DNA from: a bacterium
GTDB taxonomy: Bacteria; Zhuqueibacterota; Zhuqueibacteria; Oceanimicrobiales; Oceanimicrobiaceae
Reading direction: 5' to 3'
Length of the DNA: 55,183 nt
Assembly (NCBI GenBank): GCA_046757025.1
Contig: JBHHXN010000015.1
Location: forward strand, 1-55,183
The notes beneath the pieces were generated by a model. The model searched no databases, was not told the DNA's origin, and saw only the letters and a list, made by a program, of their open reading frames with translations. Shown in pieces: positions 48,775 to 55,183 of the stretch. Within the stretch, counting starts at the first letter, position 1, and every line of letters begins with the position of its first letter. The position numbers were made by a program, and so were the translations under genes.

Positions 48775-49944
48775 TTATAATAATTCCATCAGCGACTCTC
48801 GGAACCACTTCTTGATCAACTTGCCCAGGTACTCAAAAATCGTGCGCTCTTGCGTTCGGTAACTGACCTGTGACAACTCAGGCATGTAACGCCTTAGATG
48901 TTTAAAATATGAGTCATACTTTTTCCCCTGGCTGATATCCTCCAAAATATCCGCCAGCGCCAGATAATAAATCTTGCCTTTTTCTTCGGAGATTTTTTGA
49001 GTTTTTACGTACTGACATTGAATTTTATTTTGGATCTTTTTCAAAACGCGCAATTTGCGTTTTTCAATTTCTTTCAGTTTCAAATCGTCCAGTGGAGAAT
49101 GCTCCCCCACCTGAGAAATCAGGCGGTCACGGGCCATTTCCAGATTGGTGTGCCGCATAATACGCGCAACCATATCCAGTGGTAGAAAATTTTGATAACG
49201 TTCATCATTTTTTATGACACTCAACATCTTTCGAATTCCAGCCGAGACCGGATCCTTGGGGCAGTAAAAATTTAAATATTCTCCTCGAAGCGACTTCTCA
49301 GGAATAGTTGGCATGGATTTACGCAGGTAGTCGTAATTCAGGTGGCCATTGCCGTTGGTTCCCGGGCTGTGGGCATGACCATTCTGCGGAGACGTGCCGT
49401 TATGATTCCCGTTCTTAGGAATACTTTTGTAGGCGCCGTGGCCATTATGGCCGTTGGTAAAAAAGATATATTCCCGACCCATCTCTTTGAACGAATCAAA
49501 ATCCGAAGCGCTCTTGATGGCGACTTTAATATTTCTTACGATTTTTGCACCTTCGGGATCCCGTTCCTTAAAGATACGTGACAGCTCCTGTTTGGTTTTT
49601 TTGATGACCAAACGTCTCAACAGCACCAGGACTTCCACGTCGTCGAGATCTTCAACCTTTGTGGTGTTGTGACAAAAATATCTTTTGAATTGCACGAACT
49701 CGTTGTTCTCGTTGCGCATGAACAAACCGGCCACGCAATCCAATGCCAGGTCTTCCAATTCTCCGACATTTTTGTTGCGTTCCCATCGGATATGTTTGCC
49801 GATCACTTCCTGGTATTTCAAATAACTCAAGGATATTTTTTGAACCAGATTGACAAATTCAATCAGATCGGATTCTTTTTGTTCCCCCTTACAGATGGAC
49901 GATACGAGTCTTGCTAAATGGGTGGTTTTAACAATGGTGTTCAT
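48775..49944 (-). CDS. Hypothetical protein, possibly a highly divergent sigma70/ECF-like factor
   Basis: GGGAG RBS; EDLALDCVAGLF and LLRRLVIKKTKQELSRIF resemble sigma region 2; internal NGH-rich insert. Confidence 0.6.
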   Translation of the reverse strand: MNTIVKTTHLARLVSSICKGEQKESDLIEFVNLVQKISLSYLKYQEVIGKHIRWERNKNVGELEDLALDCVAGLFMRNENNEFVQFKRYFCHNTTKVEDLDDVEVLVLLRRLVIKKTKQELSRIFKERDPEGAKIVRNIKVAIKSASDFDSFKEMGREYIFFTNGHNGHGAYKSIPKNGNHNGTSPQNGHAHSPGTNGNGHLNYDYLRKSMPTIPEKSLRGEYLNFYCPKDPVSAGIRKMLSVIKNDERYQNFLPLDMVARIMRHTNLEMARDRLISQVGEHSPLDDLKLKEIEKRKLRVLKKIQNKIQCQYVKTQKISEEKGKIYYLALADILEDISQGKKYDSYFKHLRRYMPELSQVSYRTQERTIFEYLGKLIKKWFRESLMELL

Positions 49945-49987
49945 AAGCTCCCTATTCCCGTTAATTAAAAAATGTTCTTATGCTCCT

Positions 49988-50003
49988 CGCAATTTTTGTA
50001 CCA
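49988..50003 (-). promoter_or_regulatory. sigma54 promoter of 48775-49944
   Basis: TGGTAC-AAAAA-TTGCG on the minus strand. Confidence 0.7.
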
Positions 50004-50083
50004 TTGAATAAAGAGCTTACTTTTCTCTGAGCTATGTTAAATAGTTATTAAATTTAGGGGCAGGAACTGCTTTGTACAGAAGA

Positions 50084-50119
50084 TGTGTTTATATGAAACA
50101 AATGTATCAGGCTGAGACT
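50084..50119. promoter_or_regulatory. Tandem putative bEBP UAS (TGTNTCA-N3-TGANACA-like)
   Basis: TGTGTTT-ATA-TGAAACA and TGTATCA-GGC-TGAGACT. Confidence 0.5.
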
Positions 50120-50125
50120 ATGGAG

Positions 50126-50161
50126 AAAAGAAAAATGCCACTTCCAAAAGACCGTGGCATT
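50126..50161 (-). terminator. Intrinsic terminator after the NtrC-family gene
   Basis: AATGCCAC/GTGGCATT stem followed by a T-rich tract on the minus strand. Confidence 0.6.
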
Positions 50162-50194
50162 GCAATTAGTGGGTAAATTATACTACATTTTCTT

Positions 50195-51577
50195 TTATTT
50201 CATCATAGGTAGTCCATACTTCTTAGCTTTTCTATAAATAGTTGCCCGGCCAATTCCCAGTTTTTTTGCGGTTTGTGAAATATTTCCTTCACACTCTAAA
50301 AGCGCCTGGCGCAACGCTTCTTCTTCTAATTTCTCGATCCAGCTCGATAATTTATTATCAGACTCATAAATCTTTTTCTCACCCAAAGAGCGAATGGAAT
50401 TCGGTAAATCTTTAGAAGCAATTTCCGGCGGAGTGGCCAGCACCACCGCACGCTCGATGGCGTTCTCCAATTCCCGGACATTGCCCGGCCAGTGGTAAGC
50501 CATCAACAACTCCAATGCGTCAGGAGCGATGTTTTCGATTTCCTTGCCCTCCTGCTCGGCATACTTGGTTAAAAAATGCGCCGATAACAGGGGTATGTCC
50601 TCTTTACGTTCTCGTAAGGCTGGTAGTTTTATGGGGAAAACCGAAATGCGATAATATAAATCCTCTCGAAACACTTCTTTTTTCACCGCCTCTTCCAGAT
50701 CTTTATTGGTGGCAGAAATCACTCGGGTATCCACTTTAACCAATTCATTGCCGCCAACGCGCTCGAACTCGCGCTCTTGCAGCACGCGCAGCACTTTGGA
50801 CTGTGTGGCTGGAGTCATCAAGCCAATTTCATCTAAAAAAATCGTGCCGCCGTCAGCCATTTCAAATTTGCCAATGCGGCGGCCAGTGGCACCGGTAAAG
50901 GAGCCTTTCTCATGACCAAAAAGCTCGCTCTCCAGCAAAGACTCCGGCAGAGCGCTGCAATTCACCGCCACAAACGCGTTATTGCTCCGTTGTTTATTAT
51001 GAAAATGAATGGCGCGCGCAATGAGCTCTTTTCCTGTGCCGCTCTCTCCCTGAATCAACACGGTCACGTTGCTGTCCACCACCTTCTCCATGGCGCGAAA
51101 AACTTCCTGCATCACTCCACTCTGGCCGATGATATTACTGAATTGGTAGCGGTCTTTTAACTCCCGTTTCAGCTCATCGACTTCCCGCATCAAAGACGAA
51201 TTCATCAAGGCGTTGTTGACGGTCACCAGCAGCCGATCGCTGGCAAAGGGTTTGCTGATAAAATCATAAGCACCTAATTTCATGGATTGTACCGCGCGTT
51301 CAATGGTTCCATGCGCCGACATCATCACTACCGGAATCAAAGACTCGATCTCGCGAACGCGTTTCAGGGTTTCGATGCCATCTATGCCCGGCATTTGAAT
51401 ATCCATTAAAATCAAATCCGGCATGGACTCTTTGACCATCTTGAGGCAAGCCTCGCCGTTGGTAGCGGTCTTGACCTCGTAGGATCTTTCTTTCCGCAAA
51501 TTGATCTCGATCATTTTGCAGATGTTTTTGTCATCATCGACTACTAAAATGGTGCTTTTGGGAACCCTCCTGCTCAC
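50195..51577 (-). CDS. sigma54-dependent response regulator (NtrC/AtoC family)
   Basis: Canonical REC (VVDDD, MDIQMP, KP), GESGTGKE, GSFTGA, WPGNVRELEN, Fis-type HTH. Confidence 0.97.
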   Translation of the reverse strand: MSRRVPKSTILVVDDDKNICKMIEINLRKERSYEVKTATNGEACLKMVKESMPDLILMDIQMPGIDGIETLKRVREIESLIPVVMMSAHGTIERAVQSMKLGAYDFISKPFASDRLLVTVNNALMNSSLMREVDELKRELKDRYQFSNIIGQSGVMQEVFRAMEKVVDSNVTVLIQGESGTGKELIARAIHFHNKQRSNNAFVAVNCSALPESLLESELFGHEKGSFTGATGRRIGKFEMADGGTIFLDEIGLMTPATQSKVLRVLQEREFERVGGNELVKVDTRVISATNKDLEEAVKKEVFREDLYYRISVFPIKLPALRERKEDIPLLSAHFLTKYAEQEGKEIENIAPDALELLMAYHWPGNVRELENAIERAVVLATPPEIASKDLPNSIRSLGEKKIYESDNKLSSWIEKLEEEALRQALLECEGNISQTAKKLGIGRATIYRKAKKYGLPMMK

Positions 51578-51636
51578 TGCAATTCTCCATGATCTCTTGG
51601 GTGAATGTTGAGTGTCAATTGTTTAAAATTGTTCTT

Positions 51637-51665
51637 AAAATAAACAATAAAGGATAAATTTTCAA
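51637..51665 (-). promoter_or_regulatory. Possible sigma70 promoter of the NtrC-family gene
   Basis: TTGAAA-17 nt-TATTTT. Confidence 0.4.
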
Positions 51666-51756
51666 GCGTTTTTTAAATAATCTGAATTTATTTATTATTT
51701 TTTTTAAAATTAACGCCTGTTTAATTTTGCGTCTTTTTTTAAAAAAAACGCCATCT

Positions 51757-52743
51757 TCAAGCACGTTGTTTTGACTGCTGCTCTATTATTTTGGTAATTT
51801 CCACCGCCACCGCCAACACGGCCTTACCGTCCTCTCCATCCACCAGTGGCTTGGCACCGGTGCAAACCGACTGCACAAAGGCCTGCAGCTCCATTTGCAG
51901 CGGATCGGCGTCCACGACGGGCAGCGCCTGACAAACAATTTTTTTTCTACGCGGTAGATCTGCCACTTTCCCGTCGTCACCTGTCGCCTTCTTTCCCGGA
52001 TTTGGAATTAAGTAATACTTTTCAGCGGTCTGCCGCAGGAAATCAATTTTAAAATAACTGTTTTTTTGAAATAATTGCAAAGTGCGTACTTTATTCGATG
52101 CGATACGACTTGCTGAAAGATTGGCCACACATCCATTGGCGAATTGCAAACGCGCATTGGCAATATCGATTTCCGGAGACGCCACCGCGAAACCGCTAGC
52201 ATCGATTCGTTCTATATCACTCTGCACAAAATGCAGTACCAGATCCAGATCGTGAATCATCAAATCCACCACCACCGCCACGTCTGTGCCGCGGTGGCTG
52301 AAGGGAGCCAATCGTTTGCACTCCAGGTACATGGGTTGCAGCTCCTGGCCCGCCAAAGCCCGCACCGCTGGGTTGAACCGCTCGATGTGGCCGACCTGAA
52401 GAATCATGCCACTGCTTGCGGCCAGCTCAACTAATTCAGCCGCTTCTGCCACTGAAGATGCGATGGGCTTTTCCACAAAAACATGCTTGCCTGTGGCCAA
52501 AGCCTTTTGCACAATTTCAAAATGGCTTTTCGTGGGTACCGCCACCACCAGCGCCTGCGCTTGTTCCAAAAGCTGCTTCATATCTGAACACGCTTTGACT
52601 CCGTAAATTTGAGCCATCCTCTGGCTTTTCTCAAAATGGATATCATACACACCCGCCAGCTCCACTTCGGACAATTTACTCAATGCAGCACAATGCAGCT
52701 CGCCTAAATGTCCAAGCCCGACTTGAGCGATTTTTAGTTTCAA
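51757..52743 (-). CDS. Gfo/Idh/MocA oxidoreductase (GnnA-like)
   Basis: GLGHLG, VEKP, GHIERFNPA, DLMIHDLD. Confidence 0.92.
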   Translation of the reverse strand: MKLKIAQVGLGHLGELHCAALSKLSEVELAGVYDIHFEKSQRMAQIYGVKACSDMKQLLEQAQALVVAVPTKSHFEIVQKALATGKHVFVEKPIASSVAEAAELVELAASSGMILQVGHIERFNPAVRALAGQELQPMYLECKRLAPFSHRGTDVAVVVDLMIHDLDLVLHFVQSDIERIDASGFAVASPEIDIANARLQFANGCVANLSASRIASNKVRTLQLFQKNSYFKIDFLRQTAEKYYLIPNPGKKATGDDGKVADLPRRKKIVCQALPVVDADPLQMELQAFVQSVCTGAKPLVDGEDGKAVLAVAVEITKIIEQQSKQRA

Positions 52744-52761
52744 AGATGCGGCTCCGTTGTT

Positions 52762-52810
52762 AGTTTCGAGTTTCGAGTTTCGAGTTTCGAGTTTCGGGTT
52801 TCGGGTTTCG
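52762..52810. repeat. Tandem heptamer repeat, 7 x RGTTTCG
   Basis: (AGTTTCG)5(GGTTTCG)2. Confidence 0.95.
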
Positions 52811-52953
52811 AGAGTTTTGGGGAAATTAACTAATTTGCCACTTTTGCCGATGATTTTATTTGTACAATGGCATCACAAAAAACCCCTTTTTTTACGAATG
52901 TAAAGTAAAACAATTTAGGGATGGAAGCAATCATTTTTTCAGAACCGATATGC

Positions 52954-52982
52954 TTGACTTCTTAAATCATAAATATTATATT
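52954..52982 (+). promoter_or_regulatory. sigma70 promoter abutting the start codon
   Basis: TTGACT-17 nt-TATATT, then 7 nt to ATG 52990. Confidence 0.65.
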
Positions 52983-52989
52983 TGCAAAC

Positions 52990-55008
52990 ATGAAATCATA
53001 TTATTCCCTTTTCGCATTTGTTTTTCTGTTTTCGGCCTGTACGAGTCGAGATGATGAGCTGGCGCACATCATCACACAGGAAAGCCAGCGGGTGAGCTGT
53101 GACAGTTTGCTGACCTATTTTGAAAGCACCGAACCCATAATCCGCGCCCGTGCGGTAGAAGCCGTTGGAAAATTGCAGGATTCTACCTGCATTGAGGCCG
53201 TGGCCGGCATGCTGGACGATCCCAATCACAACGTGCGCATGGAGGCCGTTTTCGCACTGGGGCAGATGGGCAGCGCCAGCGCCGAAGAGGCGCTCATCGA
53301 ACGATTTCATGCCAAAGAAATCAACGACATTAAAGTGCGGATAATAGAGGCCCTCGGTAAAATCGGCACTAAAAAATCGTTCCCATTGCTGCTAACTTTA
53401 TTTACTTCGGATAAGGCGAACTTGCGAGCTGAAGCCGCTCTTTCCACAGCCAGAATGGCCATGCGGAAATTGAACAATTCCTCCCTGACTAAGGCGCTGG
53501 CTATTTTGTTGCACGACGATGATGAAGAAGTCAGGTGGAAAGCCGCCTATGCTTTAATGCGTATCGGAGACAACCTCGAAGTGAAAAGTTTGAGAAACGC
53601 CCTGAACGACGGCGATCCGCGCGTCAGAATGTACGCCATTCAGGCACTGGGAAAATTGCAAGACCTGGGCTGTTTGGAGACGTTTGGCCGAATCCTTACC
53701 CACGATCCGGACTGGCGCGTTCGGGTGAAAGTTGCCAACACCCTGGGTAGTTATCCGCTGCGCCGGGTCGCCAACTACTATTCCTTGTTAAATCAGGAAA
53801 CCCACGTGCGTCACGCCATCCTACAAGCCGTAGGATTAAGCGCGCAGAAAGAGCCGAAACGGTTCCAGCAAAATAGTCGGGAGCACAACCTGGCCCGATT
53901 CTTATTAGAGCAAGTTTTAAACGAACAAACCAATCATCACGACCAAGACAGTGTATCGGATTACACTTTGTGGCATCCATCGGAAATCGGAGCGGCTCTA
54001 ATCTCCTATGCGCAATTGATGCAAAGCCGGGGTATCGATCTGATCGCCCGCTTTGCCGAACACAACGAAACATCTGTACGAGCACGCGCCATGTCGGCCT
54101 TGGGCGAAACCCAATCTTCCCAGGCGTTTCGAGTGTTTGAAACACATTACGCCTCGGCGCCAGCTATGGTGAAAATCGCCATTCTGCAGGCGCTGCCCAA
54201 AATACCTGCCACCGCCAGCGACAAAATCTATTTGCAGGCTTTGAAGGAAAATGACCAGGTTCTGTTGGCTCTGGCTGCGGAGGCTATCAGCCAGGACACC
54301 GTTAAAAGTCAAATGCATGTGCAAAACATCATTCAGGCTTATGAGAAATTACCGCCGCCTGTGGATGCAGAATCCGTGCAAATGATCTTTCAGGCTCTGG
54401 AAAAAATCGGCGACTCCAAAGCCATTCCGGTACTCGAAAAAGCCCTGAAATTTCCCGACAAAGCCATTTCAAAAGCGGCGGCGGCAGCACTGGAAACGCT
54501 TACCGGAAAATCATACAACCATAAGATCACACCGGTAACCAGGCTTCGCGAACAGATAAATTACCGAGACCTGGCCAAATTGAATGACGCCCGTGCGTTT
54601 ATCAAAACCAGTCGCGGCAGCATCGAAATCAAACTGTACACCAGCGATGCCCCTTTGACGGTTTTAAATTTCGTGCAGCTTGCCGAAAAAGGTTTCTTTG
54701 ACCGATTGACCTTTCATCGGGTCGTGCCCAATTTTGTCATTCAAGGCGGGGATCCGCGAGGGGATTCCTGGGGCTCACCCGGTTACGCCATTCGTTCCGA
54801 ATTCAACAAACGCAACTATTTGCGCGGAACGGTTGGCATGGCCAGTGCGGGTAAAGACACCGAAGGCTGCCAGTTTTTTATCACTCATTCCGAACAACCG
54901 CACCTGGATGGTCGCTACACGGTGTTCGGGCAAGTCACCTCCGGCATGGATGTGGTGGACGCCATTCAGGAAGGCGATGTGATGGAACTGGTTTCCATCA
55001 GAAAATGA
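52990..55008 (+). CDS. HEAT-repeat lipoprotein with C-terminal cyclophilin-type PPIase
   Basis: Lipobox FSAC; VRxxAxxALG repeats; FHRVVPNFVIQGGDP, GMASAGKDTEGCQFFITH, HLDGRYTVFG. Confidence 0.94.
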   Translation: MKSYYSLFAFVFLFSACTSRDDELAHIITQESQRVSCDSLLTYFESTEPIIRARAVEAVGKLQDSTCIEAVAGMLDDPNHNVRMEAVFALGQMGSASAEEALIERFHAKEINDIKVRIIEALGKIGTKKSFPLLLTLFTSDKANLRAEAALSTARMAMRKLNNSSLTKALAILLHDDDEEVRWKAAYALMRIGDNLEVKSLRNALNDGDPRVRMYAIQALGKLQDLGCLETFGRILTHDPDWRVRVKVANTLGSYPLRRVANYYSLLNQETHVRHAILQAVGLSAQKEPKRFQQNSREHNLARFLLEQVLNEQTNHHDQDSVSDYTLWHPSEIGAALISYAQLMQSRGIDLIARFAEHNETSVRARAMSALGETQSSQAFRVFETHYASAPAMVKIAILQALPKIPATASDKIYLQALKENDQVLLALAAEAISQDTVKSQMHVQNIIQAYEKLPPPVDAESVQMIFQALEKIGDSKAIPVLEKALKFPDKAISKAAAAALETLTGKSYNHKITPVTRLREQINYRDLAKLNDARAFIKTSRGSIEIKLYTSDAPLTVLNFVQLAEKGFFDRLTFHRVVPNFVIQGGDPRGDSWGSPGYAIRSEFNKRNYLRGTVGMASAGKDTEGCQFFITHSEQPHLDGRYTVFGQVTSGMDVVDAIQEGDVMELVSIRK

Positions 55009-55183
55009 GGCGCTGGCGGGAAGGTGGGACTATCTACTCGACGCACACGCTGATACCACAAAATTTCACACCAATCATGAAAAGTTGTTGCGTTTAGTTA
55101 AAATTTTGTTTACATAGTAGTAGTGAGTATTTCCTAATGCAGCGAAAAGCCGCAAACCGAAAAGCGAAATTCGCAAAAAGGAA

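Noticed and set aside
52762..52810. CRISPR array
   Set aside because: 7-bp tandem units with no spacers; no cas genes in the window
55137..55183. Start of a further CDS at the window end
   Set aside because: Only ~15 codons visible and no clear RBS

Overview
Chromosomal window of a Gram-negative bacterium, probably from the FCB superphylum (KSB1/Calditrichota-like). This is inferred from three proteins ending in T9SS type-A 'NYPNPFNP' sorting domains plus a type-B CTD/PorP pair. Housekeeping content: lepA-lepB-hemW, tsaC plus an LMW phosphatase, cystathionine beta-synthase and gamma-lyase, two tRNA-Val, a cyclophilin and an NtrC-type activator. The two most unusual loci are: (1) a sigma54-promoted ~11.8 kb operon (12103-23893) joining a type-B-CTD FG-GAP adhesin and a PorP/SprF-like barrel with a long C-terminal extension to a divergent MotA/TolQ/ExbB + 2x ExbD + TonB-like motor and TPR lipoproteins, which looks like a hybrid of Bacteroidota SprB/SprF and myxobacterial AglRQS/Glt parts; (2) a three-gene module (44513-48180) made of two Glu-substituted pseudo-receiver/DUF4388 proteins and two degenerate MglA/CvnD-like pseudo-GTPase domains. 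Next to it, a sigma54 promoter with enhancer sites drives an atypical sigma-like gene followed by a small ZAS-motif gene. Also present: three MITE-like elements (two carrying clear REP-type palindromes), a relic of a second ABC permease, two TA-like pairs, tandem cupredoxins lacking the axial Met, and two long structured leaders. No CRISPR array, rRNA, integrase or transposase was seen. All family calls come from motif recognition by eye, not database searches.
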